Counted from the first letter of the whole stretch, positions 38,341-50,596 are shown. The stretch: 63,647 nt of DNA, filler included, from Octopus bimaculoides (GCF_001194135.2; 10 parts of 9 records of this genome joined end to end with filler, not necessarily neighbours in it), one strand, 5' to 3'. Numbers and translations: made by a program. The notes: generated by a model not told the origin, from the letters alone.

Positions 38341-38412
38341 GAATTTGAGCGGTAATGATATCAAGAAAATTGACGGAGAAATATTCCGAAATCTTTCCAG
38401 TTTAACAAGTCT
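38341..38412 (+). CDS. Internal exon encoding one 24-aa leucine-rich repeat
   Basis: aaacag|72 nt|gtaagt, phase 2; NLSGNDIKKIDGEIFRNLSSLTSL; splices in frame to the previous exon (CT+G = Leu). Confidence 0.88.
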
Positions 38413-38594
38413 GTAAGTTGAATCAGTCTTGAGCAGATTATTTTATTCACGACATTTTCCTTAATATGTAATGTCACCCCAATACTATATTTTACTCTCC
38501 CTCACCCACCTTTACAACTTCTGTCCCTCTCTAATGAAAGTGTGTTATTGAGAGCGTGACATTTGAGTGCAAACATGCAGTGTATTCATTTATG

Positions 38595-38785
38595 TATACG
38601 GCCATGCTGGAGTACCGCCTTTAGTCGAACAAACCGACCCAGGACTTATTCTTTGTAAGTCCAGGAATTATTCTATTGGTAGCCTTACCGAACCGCTAAG
38701 TTACGGGGACGTAAACACAGCAACATCGGTTGTCAAGCGATGATGGGGGACAAACATAGACACACAAATACACACACACACAAAC
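38595..38785 (-). mobile_element. OR2-like SINE 3' half
   Basis: cggccatgctggagtaccgcctttagtcg..gtaaacacagcaacatcggttgtcaagcg. Confidence 0.85.
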
Positions 38786-38801
38786 ATATATATATATATA
38801 T

Positions 38802-39008
38802 ACTAGCAGAAATACCCGGCTTTGCCCGGGTTAAAGAGAATAATGAAATCTAAAAACGCCGTCTAGACTACGCAACCCTCAACTGTTAGTAGCTACGATA
38901 CCATATTTCTACATTAATAACTCTCCAATCCATGCCAGCATGGAACATAGACATTAAGTGGAATGCCAGTCTCTCATCTAGGAGGGCCTTGAAATCAATG
39001 TTACCAAC
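38802..39008 (-). mobile_element. Helitron-type element, 3' end
   Basis: Minus strand reads CCCGG-gcaaag-CCGGG hairpin, TATTTCTG, CTAG|T; runs into a gap. Confidence 0.7.
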
Positions 39009-39108
39009 NNNNNNNNNNNNNNNNNNNNNNNNNNNNNNNNNNNNNNNNNNNNTTAATTAATTAANNNNNNNNNNNNNNNNNNNNNNNNNNNNNNNNNNNN
39101 NNNNNNNN

Positions 39109-39161
<53 letters not shown>

Positions 39162-39934
39162 AATATATATAAAATATATAAATACCTAGCAGAAACAACA
39201 GTGACTCAAGGGCTGAGAGATTCATGTGTTAGCATTTATCAAGCAAAGCTCTCAGCTCTTGAGTCACCCTGCCACCCCTGCCAAGCATTAATATAAATAT
39301 ATATGTATACATTCATGTTTTAAGTTCTATTTTTCCTGTTTGCATCACCAAAGCTATACACACACACACACAACTGTAGTGGAAAGAAAGTATGTTAGGG
39401 AAAGTATATATATATATGCATGTATGTGTATATATATGTTTGTGTATATATATATGTGTTTGTGTGTGTGTGTGTGTGTATATGTGTGTGCTTATATATA
39501 TGTATGTGTGTATATGTATATGAATATATATATATATATGTATGTATATATACCCCTACTTGTACAAATATCTATACACACATAAGACACACTATAAGAA
39601 GAATTATATACACACATTACCATTATTTCATGTCATTTAACTGATGTATTCATGTTTGTGGAGGGTGTGCTAACGTTTCTGCCTGCTCACCACCTTGAGG
39701 TAGATTATCTATGGTCAGACACCTTTCCTGTCACCAACCCTTACTTGTTTCTCAATAAGGAAATATTTCTCAGGCATGATTTATACCAAAGATTAGAAAA
39801 GAACACCATCTCTTGTATGATGACAATGCTTAATTACGACTATCACACGGTGTCAACACTGGGATACATACAAACACAGAATTATCAATACTTGATCAAT
39901 ATGTCAGCTGGGTTTAGAGTAGGCTTGGGGGTTA

Positions 39935-40080
39935 ACCCTTTAGCATTTAAACTGGCCATATTCAGTCCAAATATCCTTTCTGTTTTATATTCAAACTGGC
40001 CAGATCCAGCCTTTCTCACCTTCCCAACACTGTCATTCTAAGAAGCATAAATAGTAAAATCACTGAAATATGAAAACAAC
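39935..40080. mobile_element. piggyBac-like MITE fragment
   Basis: TTAA|CCCTTTAGCA start; homologous to 43840-44060. Confidence 0.6.
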
Positions 40081-40583
40081 AAGACTATACATAAGTTAAT
40101 TCAAAATAATGTGAATATAATTATTTATAAGCATAAAAACAACAGCAAACTGCAATGAGCCAATGGAAGAGAAGCCCCTGTGATGCTGTTGCTCTGCAAA
40201 GAAATAACAACCAAATCTGCTCCCTCAAATCAAACCCTAACATAACCATTGCAAGCCTTTTCAGATTGAAGCTGAGGAACCAGAACAACAACAACGGCCA
40301 CCACTATGCAGCAAACTCCCCTCCCCTCTGTGTGTTTGTGGTCAACAAACAAGTTTAGCACTGTCACCCCTCTCACCTGTAGGCCACCACCACCACTTGT
40401 ATTTTATAAGTTAACTAATACATCGGTACTACAACCACAACAACAACAACTATTGACACCTACAACTACAAACAGATGTCAAAACCAAAATGTTTACAAG
40501 CCAACCCCGTATTTGACAATTGGCCATCACAGTTAAGTTACTGGACAATCATAACACTGACATAACAGTTACTACTACTACTG

Positions 40584-40616
<33 letters not shown>

Positions 40617-41114
40617 ATAATAATAATAATTAATAACTTCACCACCATCACTCCTGGCACCCCAACCCTGCTACCAATCATCACCATCAAAGCAGCTATC
40701 ACAAAAACAGTCATGATTTTCACCCCACACCCCCCACTCAAACCACACCCACCACCATAACCAATACCACAACTCGCCAACAAGAAGCACTTCTACATGG
40801 TCGTTTGACTTGTTAGAAACAGCAGTCAAATTCTTGTTAATCTCCTCATTCCACTATCTTCAAAGGAAATATTTAAAATTTACATTGAAGAATATATATA
40901 TANNNNNNNNNNNNNNNNNNNNNNNNNNNNNNNNNNNNNNNNNNNNNNNNNNNNNNNNNNNNNNNNNNNNNNNNNNNNNNNNNNNNNNNNNNNNNNNNNN
41001 NNNNNNNNNNNNNNNNNNNNNNNNNNNNNNNNNNNNNNNNNNNNNNNNNNNNNNNNNNNNNNNNNNNNNNNNNNNNNNNNNNNNNNNNNNNNNNNNNNNN
41101 NNNNNNNNNNNNNN

Positions 41115-41150
<36 letters not shown>

Positions 41151-41151
<1 letters not shown>

Positions 41152-41308
41152 TACGATGGGCTTCTTTCAGTTTCCGTCTACCAAATCCACTCACAAGGCT
41201 TTGGTCAGCCCGAGTCTATAGTAGAAGACACTTGCCCAAGGTGCCACGCAGTGGGACTGAACCTGGAACCATGTGGTTGGTAAGCAAGCTACTTACCACA
41301 CAGCCATA
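41151..41308 (-). mobile_element. OR2-like SINE 5' half
   Basis: Near-consensus head and core. Confidence 0.88.
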
Positions 41309-41635
41309 TATATATCTGATGACAGATAGATACCCAATGCCTGAAACTACCCTAATCGTAGGTTTGCTCAATCAGGATTCACCTGAAGCTAAACAGAGAC
41401 AACAACAACCATTGCTACCACCACAAGTTAACTAAGAAACTTCTCCACATGATTGCTTATCTTGCTAAAAATAGCAGCCGAATCTCCCTCAAATACACCT
41501 TTCTCTGTTTATGAAAGGAAAAACACATCCCACATTCTAGTCCTTAATACACAATGACCACAAAAAAAAAAATAAATATAAAATAAAATCTGGGATGGTG
41601 ATGGGTAGATTATCAGTGATCTACTTGATAAGGGT

Positions 41636-41988
41636 GGAGGCGCAATGGCCCAGTGGTTAGGGCAGCGGACACGCGGTCATAGCATCGTGGTTTCGATTTC
41701 CAGACCGGGCGTTATGAGTGTTCATTGAGCGAAAACACCTAAAGCTCCACGAGGCTCCGACAGGGGATGGTGGCGAACCCTGCTGTACTCTTTCACCACA
41801 ACTTTCTCTCACTCTTACTTCCTATTTCTGTGGTACCTGTAATTCAAAGGGCCAGCCTTGTCACACTGTATCACGCTGAATCTCCCCGAGAACTACGTTA
41901 AGGGTATACGTGTCTGTGGAGTGCTCAGCCACTTGCACATTAATTTCACGAGCAGGCTGTTCCGTTGACCGGATCAACTGGAACCCTC
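41636..41988 (+). mobile_element. OR1-like SINE
   Basis: Near full length; ends at a gap. Confidence 0.88.
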
Positions 41989-43839
41989 NNNNNNNNNNNN
42001 NNNNNNNNNNNNNNNNNNNNNNNNNCCACCAGAGAAGAGGCTAGTAAATGTATCATCCATTTGGAAGGAGCCCTTACTTTTCTACCATTCCTCCAATTCT
42101 GGGCCCCCAAGCCTAAACAGGTTTATACAGCAGACCCAAAAGTGCCTGCCTCATAAAAGTGTCACTCAGGGTAGACTGTCCCCATCCCCACCAGCAATAC
42201 TGTTGGTCGCCACCCCTCTCAACCATTCCAACTCCACTATTACAGCCCCATGTCTACCCTCCTGTGTGTGTGCACATACATGGGTGTGGGCATATTTATG
42301 TACGTGTATGTGGGCAAGTATATGTATGTGTGTGTGTGTGGGCAAGTATATGTGTTTGTGTGGGCATGTATGTTGGTGCGTGTATATGTTGGCATGTATG
42401 TGTGTGTGTGTTGGCATGTATATGTGGGTCTTTTTAATTCTCTTAGAAGAGAAGGGCAGTACCTGCTAGAGAGTGTGTGGCCATTATAAGGTCTCGGGGG
42501 GNNNNNNNNNNNGGGGGGGGTAGGAGGGAACTAGTAGGAAAGAGAGGGGGAGGAGGGTGCTATCCTAAATCCGATCCCCACTCCAACCCTGACCCAAGAC
42601 TTAGCCCTATAATAGCTGGCAACAGAAGTCAGTGATGTGGGGGGTGCGGTGGGGGAGAAAATAGACACAACTACCCACAAAAGAGGTGACAGCACAGGTG
42701 TATTCCACTCACCCTCACTCACTTACACATGAACACCCTCACAAAATACCAGGAACTTGGAATGGGAAGAACTAGTAGACAGAGAAAGAGAGGAGGAGAG
42801 AGAGAAGGTAAAAGAGGGTGAGAGAGAGATGGATGAAGGAGATAAAGGTTAAGAGAAACACACACACACACACACACACACACAGTGTGAATCATTCCGT
42901 CCGAACACATAAACTTTCTCTCTCAGAGCAGGTCAATGACACCCAGGTGTTTAAAAGGCCACCTTTTCTGGGTCTTCTGGGGTCAATCATTCAACTTTCA
43001 TCTGTCACAGAAAGGCCTAAAAAAAAGCTTTCAGAAACTGGGAACTGTGTGTGCATATGTGTGTGTGTGTGAGAGAGTGTGTGTGTGTGTGTGTGAGTGT
43101 GTGGGTGAGAGTGTGTGTGTGTGTGTGTGANNNNNNNNNNNNNNNNNNNNNNNNNNNNNNNNNNNNNNNNNNNNNNNNNNNNNNNNNNNNNNNNNNNNNN
43201 NNNNNNNNNNNNNNNNNNNNNNNNNNNNNNNNNNNNNNNNNNNNNNNNNNNNNNNNNNNNNNNNNNNNNNNNNNNNNNNNNNNNNNNNNNNNNNNNNNNN
43301 NNNNNNNNNNNNNNNNNNNNNNNNNNNNNNNNNNNNNNNNNNNNNNNNNNNNNNNNNNNNNNNNNNNNNNNNNNNNNNNNNNNNNNNNNNNNNNNNNNNN
43401 NNNNNNNNNNNNNNNNNNNNNNNNNNNNNNNNNNNNNNNNNNNNNNNNNNNNNNNNNNNNNNNNNNNNNNNNNNNNNNNNNNNNNNNNNNNNNNNNNNNN
43501 NNNNNNNNNNNNNNNNNNNNNNNNNNNNNNNNNNNNNNNNNNNNNNNNNNNNNNNNNNNNNNNNNNNNNNNNNNNNNNNNNNNNNNNNNNNNNNNNNNNN
43601 NNNNNNNNNNNNNNNNNNNNNNNNNNNNNNNNNNNNNNNNNNNNNNNNNNNNNNNNNNNNNNNNNNNNNNNNNNNNNNNNNNNNNNNNNNNNNNNNNNNN
43701 NNNNNNNNNNNNNNNNNNNNNNNNNNNNNGGGGGCACAGGATAGAAACGAAGGGATATTATGTTTTAACAGCAACTTGAATCAGAGTATTTCACAATCCA
43801 ATTTGAAAGAATAGAAAACACACACACACTAAAATTTAA

Positions 43840-44060
43840 CACTTTAGCAGTTATACTGGCCATATAAGGGACCAAGTATTCTACTTGTTTTAGTTTCAAA
43901 CTGGCCAGATCCAGCTTCTCACACCTACCCTACAATGTCATCCCAGAAATGTACGATCACGTTACCGAAATCTGGAAGCTTTGAGATAATGCATGATTAA
44001 TTCAAAGCAACGTGGATAAATAAGTATTACATTTGAAAGAGAAATCTGCATACTAAAGGG
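43840..44060. mobile_element. piggyBac-like MITE
   Basis: TTAA flanks (43836-39, 44061-64); TIRs CACTTTAGCA / TACTAAAGGG. Confidence 0.75.
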
Positions 44061-44282
44061 TTAAATAATATGGATGGATAATAATGTGTGCATGTGTGTA
44101 TGTGCTCACGCATGCACATGTGTCACGTAGCTGAATGGTTGACCCTTTCGAGATACACGGTGTTCTGGTATGTGTTCCCAAAAAAGACCAAAATCTTTTT
44201 TCTGTAGAGAATGAAATTGATGGGTGCATGTAGAAAACAAAAGATAAAGTACCTAAAACTACTTAATTGCTATGTAAAACTA

Positions 44283-44858
44283 TCTTTTACTTGTTTCAGT
44301 CATTTGACTGCGGCCATGCTAGAGCACTGCCTTTAGTCGAAGAAATCGACCCCGGGACTTATTCTTCGTAAGCCTAGTACTTATTCTATTGGTCTCTGTT
44401 GCCGAACCGCTAAGTTACAGGGATGTAAACACATGAACACTGGTTGTCAAGCAATGGTGGGGGTACAAACACAGACATACATACATGCATATACGTATAT
44501 TCGCCATGATAGATCGCTGACCACTATACACATTTTTTTCTCTCCTTGATTCTTTCTGTGGAAGAACGTAGGCTCGAAACGTTAAAGACTTTTTCAATTC
44601 CCGAGCTTTATACTAATACATCTATTTGTTTTCTACACCACCTGTCTTCGCCTGTTGTTTTTTTTTTGTGGATTCTCCCTATATATATATACAACGGGCT
44701 TCTTTCAGTTTCCCTCTACCAAATCCATTCACAAGGCTTTGGTTGTCCTGAGGCTATAGCAGAAGACACTTGCCCAAGGTGGCAAGCAGTGGGACTGAAC
44801 CTGGAACCATGTTGTTGGGAAGCAAGCTTCTTACCACACAGCCACTCCTGCACCTATA
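44283..44858 (-). mobile_element. OR2-like SINE with a ~190-bp insertion in its central microsatellite
   Basis: Both SINE halves are intact around the insert at ~44495-44680. Confidence 0.85.
44551..44588 (+). ncRNA. Degenerate minimal hammerhead ribozyme-like motif
   Basis: tcttt-CTGTGGA-a-GAAC-gtag-GCTC-GAAA-CG-TT-aaaga; perfect 5-bp stem I, palindromic ACGT stem III, mutated core. Confidence 0.45.
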
Positions 44859-45278
44859 TATATAATACAATTTTATATTACAAGCAAAGCAGCCAGTTCT
44901 AAAATCTCTGTAAGAGATGTAAGTAGTAACTCTACTGAAAAGTAGTGGTTGTTACCACCTCAACATGGTTGTTCTGTACAGAACACTGTAATTACTCTTT
45001 TTAACTCCAGGAGGACACCTTCTCCAGTTGGTTAATGACACAATATCTGTGTCAGTTATATTGCAAACAAGGGAGCGATCAACTCCCATCCAGCGTTGAC
45101 AGGACCAGTAGACCAGAGCTGGTTTCAGGGTCTTACCCTTCCTCAGTACTGGACACATGTCTGCTAGACATGGCAATCGTTCGTCTCAGTTCACAATACA
45201 TAAATAAATAAGGACTCAGCAAAGTAGCTAGTTCTACTGAAAAGTAATGGTTGTTACCACCTCAGTAAGCAGTACTGA

Positions 45279-45663
45279 GGAAGGCGCAATGGCCCAGTGG
45301 TTAGGGCAGCGGACTCGCGGTCATAGGATCGCGGTTTCGATTCTCAGATCGGACGTTGTGAGTGTTTATTGAGCGAAAACACCTAAAGCTCCATGAGGCT
45401 CCGGCAGGGGATGGTGGTGAACCCTGCTGTACTCTTTCACCACAACTTTCTCTCAATCTACCTTCCTGTTTCTGTTGTACCTGTATTTCAAAAGGCTAGC
45501 CTTGTCACACTCTGTGTCACGCTGAATCTCCCCAGAGAACTACATTAAGGGTACACGTGTCTGTGGAGTGCTCAGCCACTTGCACGTTAATTTCACGAGC
45601 AGACTGTTCCGTTGATCGGATCAACTGGAACCCTCGTCGTCATAACCGACGGAGTGCCAACCA
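45279..45663 (+). mobile_element. OR1-like SINE, full length
   Basis: Head through the ccgacggagtgccaac tail. Confidence 0.9.
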
Positions 45664-46419
45664 ACCAAGACCCTGAAACAGTTCTGGTCTACTGGTCCTT
45701 TCACTGCTGGATGGGAGTTGTTTGCTCTCATATTTGCAATATAATGGACACAGATATTCTATCGTTAATCAGCTGGGGGAGGTGTCTTCTTGAGGTTAAA
45801 AAGAGTCATAACATTGTTCTATAAGGAACAAACCACGTTAGGTGGCAACAACCAATAATTTTACATTAGAGCTACTGAAAGATGATCTCTGATTGGCTAT
45901 TACACTTCAAAATGTTTGTTTCATTAGGCCAATGGATCTGCCTCTAAGTCCAAAGTCCTTTCAGCTTGTATCATTTGGGCTGATCAATCGGCTTGGGTGT
46001 CCCAAGAAGGCTACAGTTATTTACTCTCAAATCACAAGATTCACTTTCAAATTTGGGTTCAATTCCATCAAGCAGCACCCTGGTCAACTCAAGTATCTTC
46101 TTATTCTACTAGCTCTGCATTGCATTCATTGATTTGACCCAAACCATGTGAATGAAAATGAGAAGATGGAAGCCGTACAGGGAAACCATCTGATAGGTAA
46201 TGTAATCTGTTATTCAAAAGGACTCACACTGATTGATTCATTTGACTGAAACGATGTGGGATTAACTGCAGTGAGGGAGAGAGGTGAGTGATGTGTAATA
46301 ACAATAGATCCAACTTTAGTGATGATCTCTATTAGCAAAAGCACATCATCGGCCCTTTTTGATATTAGCCCACCTGAGACAGCCCTTCATGATTCCAATG
46401 ATTTAAGCTTCCTTGCTTT

Positions 46420-46745
46420 AAAGTGATAAATTAAAACTTTCCGTCAAAATTCCATGTTAATTTATACTTCAAACACTAGCTTAATTATGATTTATTTTTT
46501 TACTAAATTCATAATTCATCATTTTCAAAATTAATCAAAGCAAAAGCAGTGTGTTTCAACAGAAGTATCGTAACTAAAGGGTTAAAATAAACTAAAACTT
46601 TCCATCAAAATTCCATGATCATTTATGTACAAAACACCAACTTAATAATGACCAAGTTATTTTTTATGAAATACTTCATTATTTTCAAAATTAATTGAGA
46701 CAAACGCAGTGTATTTCCACAGCAATATATTAACGAAAAGGTTCA
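46420..46745. repeat. Tandem ~170-bp duplication of a piggyBac-like MITE end
   Basis: aaaactttcc.tcaaaattccatg..ttttcaaaattaat..gcagtgt.tttc.acag..aaggg(tt) occurs twice. Confidence 0.65.
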
Positions 46746-46849
46746 GAATAGCTATGATCACATCTTAGTAACTTGCCCTTCTCTTAAAGACCAGAACATA
46801 ATTTAACCTCTAGATGAGTGGTTCTTAACTTTTTTCATCATCTTACACA

Positions 46850-47560
46850 CCAAGACTATCTGGGACATTACTGCGAACCCTACAATAAATTTTGCAATGG
46901 TCTTGGAACACAAAGCGCCATGGGAGTCACAGAGCAGGCATGAAGCACATACAGGCATGGTACCACTAGCAACTGCAATACATGACTCTACAATACAGCT
47001 GCAATGCAATACCTCAAATACTTTCTCCCAAACCGTCCATGCCCCCCACCTCACCAGATTAAAAACCAGTGCTCTAAACCCGACAATTTTTGACACACTA
47101 CAAAACTCAGATAAGACCCACAATGGAGCATTGATCTCACATCTGGAATGATGCTCTTGCTGTACATACACTCAGACACCTTCTACCACATCCAGAGAAA
47201 AGAAGGCCACCAAGACCACCCGACTGAATAGCATAGGTCACTCACAAGCATACACTCCAGTACCCTGGCCCACAAGCAGCTCTCTTACTACTGCCTTTCC
47301 TATCACTGCTATGAACAGCCTTTGTTCTTTATAGCTTGCTTAGGTTCATGCCATCTCCATGCAGGTGCTCACATCTCACTAGTCTCTCCTCCAACCATCC
47401 TTGCTGTTGTTTAACACCCTCCCTTACAAGACTTTACACTGATCACTACACACAATCCTTCCTTAAAATAACATCCCTCTGGAATTCCTTCCTTGCTCAC
47501 ATCTTTAGTACAGGTTGACTTAGAAATGGTCAAGAGTGACACGACTGGCATTAATCTTGC
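46850..47560 (+). mobile_element. CR1/L2-group LINE 3' fragment, decayed
   Basis: YKTQIRPTMEH.SHIW..IQRK, then YTQSFLKITSLWNSF. Confidence 0.7.
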
Positions 47561-47589
47561 CAGTCTTGAAGACCTAGGAAAAGGTCTTG

Positions 47590-47830
47590 TGCACCACCCC
47601 TTCCTCCAGACCTGAAGGTAGGAAGAGCATCCAGCTGTTAAACCATGCCAAAGCAGAATTTGTTGGTGCTGGTGCCATGTCAAATGTACTCAGTGCACTC
47701 TGTAAAGTGGTTGGCGTCAGGAAGGGCATCCAGCCGTAAAAACCATACCAAAGTAGATAGTGGAACTTGGTGCATTCCTCTGGCTTACCAACTCCTGTCA
47801 TCATCATCATCATCATCACTTAACATCTGT
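47590..47830 (+). mobile_element. RTE-type 3' UTR fragments
   Basis: ggttggcgtcaggaagggcatccagccgta motif shared with the RTE copies. Confidence 0.65.
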
Positions 47831-48415
47831 CTTCCACACCAGCATGAAATGATGATATATATCACACACACACACACACACTTTAATGTTCGAATTTTTA
47901 GTTTTAAGTTTTTGACTTGTGAAAGCAGTTCCATGAGAAAATATATAAAGAGAGAGAGAGAAAGAGGGACGAGGAGGAGGAGGAAACACATTGTTAAAGT
48001 TAAACAGTAAGACTTGAACTGTCATCACTTATTTAGTCCTTTGCTGTCATCATCAGATTCAGTGTTGGCATTATCAATGTCAACAAAAAAACAAAACAAA
48101 AAGAAAAAACTCCCAGGTGGGTCTATAAAATAAGGCACAAGTCAAGGACTGGAGGGTCTATGTTTACATAAACAAGTATTCTGGAGTGAGATACATAAGT
48201 CAGGTGTCTTAACTAAGGCTAGATTTCTGTAATAAGCTCAAAGGTCACACATTTGGTGATAGTGAGAAGAGGGTGATGGGATTGTCTAATAGGAACTGAT
48301 ATAACACTCTTGTTACCATATTTCTATTAACATAGCTTGCCTTTTATTTCAATTAATTTTTACAATAATGAAGAATTTAACCCTCTTGGGACACCCTGGC
48401 CCAAGTGATACAAAC

Positions 48416-48504
48416 TGGAATTTGAACTCAGAACATAAAAACTGACAAAATGCTGCTAAACGTTTCACCCAGCATGCTTAACAATTCTGCCAGCTCACCA
48501 CCTT
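48416..48504 (-). mobile_element. OK-like SINE 5' fragment
   Basis: ggaatttgaactcagaac..ttctgccagctcaccacc. Confidence 0.75.
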
Positions 48505-48695
48505 AACCCTTTAACATTCAGATTACTATGTCGAGCGTAATGCCTATTTATTCACATTGTTTTTATTTAATCAGGCCTTATCTCTTAGCTTTGAGATTTT
48601 GATGATGAAATTGTATATTTTTGGAATGACATTGAGGGTAGATGTTGGAGGCAAGATATGGCCAGTTTGAACATAAAAAAAAGGGTAGAATATTT

Positions 48696-50596
48696 CACTT
48701 GTTGGAATATGGCAGGTGCCACTTTGACTCCAAAAGGAAACCACTTGAATTTATACAATCCACAGTGTGTGTTGATTGTTAAAAGGTGTGCACAAACTAC
48801 CTCTACCTGTAGATAGGCCTCTGACAGGTCTAACTTCGAAAAAATTTTTTCCTTCATTTAGCTTTGAGAACACTTCTTCTGAGATTGGTAATGGATAGAT
48901 ATGTTTGAGTAAATAGTCATTTAATCCATTTGAAAAGTCTGCACATACACTCTTTAGTTATTACTATTTTTTTTATTTACATAAACTGTCAGAGCTGCCC
49001 AGTCTGAATAGTTGACTTTTCAATTATAGCTAGACTTTCTAGCTCTTTATTGACCTGATCCAATACTGCAAATAGCACATTTCATTTGGGCCTAAAAACA
49101 GGTGTTGCCTTTCCTTTCCTTTTAACTACAATCCCCACTTTTGTTTTAGTGCAACAGCTTAATCCTTCCCAAAAAACATTTACTCTCTTACTCTTTTAAT
49201 TGTTTCAGTCATTTGACTGCGGCCATGCTGGAGCACCACCTTTAGTTGAGCAAATCAACCCCAAGACTTATTCTTTGTAAGCCTAGTACTTATTCTATCA
49301 GTCTCTTTTTACCGAACTGCTCAGTTACGGGGACGTAAACACACCAGCATCGGTTGTCAAGCAATGCTAGAGAGACAAACACAAACACACAAACACATAC
49401 ATACATATATATNNNNNNNNNNNNNNNNNNNNNNNNNNNNNNNNNNNNNNNNNNNNNNNNNNNNNNNNNNNNNNNNNNNNNNNNNNNNNNNNNNNNNNNN
49501 NNNNNNNNNNNNNNNNNNNNNNNNNNNNNNNNNNNNNNNNNNNNNNNNNNNNNNNNNNNNNNNNNNNNNNNNNNNNNNNNNNNNNNNNNNNNNNNNNNNN
49601 NNNNNNNNNNNNNNNNNNNNNNNNNNNNNNNNNNNNNNNNNNNNNNNNNNNNNNNNNNNNNNNGCTATAGTAGAAGACACTTGCCCAATGTGCCACGCAG
49701 TGGGACTGAACCCGGAACCATGTGGTTGGAAAGCAAGCTACTTACCACACAGCCTTCATTCAAACTTTTAACCGTGCTGACTACATTTCCACAAAGAACA
49801 CTAATGGGGAGGTATCCCACATTTTAAATAGCTCCATACGTTCCGTGTCAAATAGGTTTAGTGATTTTTGTCAACACATAAATGATTGTCCTTTTCGTTT
49901 CACCTTGAAAAGATACCTTGCAAAATACATTCACCAATGAAATGTCTGTCCAGTCTTGCCACTCTTTTCCGAAAATTTGTTCAAATCTTCAGTAATATGC
50001 CTCAAAAGTGATTCCTTCTTCTGGATCATATTTAAATTCATTTATTGAACATGCTACATGGTCTGGCAAAAATGTATTTTCTGGTTTTGTTACCAGCTTC
50101 ATTAGTTGTAGCATTTGTTGCTGTACCATTTGTTGGTGCTGTTTTTGCAACTCAATTAAACCCTCTAACAAGTTTTACATAATTTTACGGATTTTCCGTA
50201 AAATATATACAACAAAAGTGTTTGCTACTCCTCTGTCAAATTTTTAATTTCTCCATGTGAAAAATATTTTTAGATGTCATCCGTGTGAATTGTTTATTTT
50301 CTCAGGAAAAAAATTGTTTTTTTCAACGTTGTCCACATTAATTGTTTATATCCTTGTCACCACTGTTATGATGTGGATCCCCATCCACTTGTATGTTGTC
50401 ACTATATGGGACATCCACTTGTATGTTGTATGTTGGCACTGTAATATTCTTGTCACCACTATTATTTGTGGTGGTATTCCACGTCTTATCTTTGACTTAT
50501 TTATCATGCTATCACTGATAGCTCCACAAGACAATGACTTTGTAACATCTACCTTGACGGTAACTCGAACTCGTATACGTCACGTAACTGACAACA
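48696..50596 (-). mobile_element. Mag-like Ty3/gypsy remnant: putative LTR (50327-50596), gag fragment (49756-50175), RT fragment (48696-49150), interrupted by a SINE
   Basis: INEFKYDPEEGITFEAYY; PVFRPK..WAA..VCADFS.GLN..YPLP..KIFSKLDLSEAYLQ..TINTHCGLY..PFGVKVAPAIFQQ; TGTTGTC...GACAACG ends. Confidence 0.75.
49188..49755 (-). mobile_element. OR2-like SINE spanning a gap
   Basis: Both halves recognisable. Confidence 0.85.

Noticed and set aside
6969-45360. tRNA-like sequences with A and B boxes
   Set aside because: They are SINE heads continuous with SINE bodies; no complete cloverleaf was seen
389-49827. Long ORFs made of X runs and YI/CV/HT repeats
   Set aside because: They span N-gaps and dinucleotide microsatellites, so they have no coding evidence
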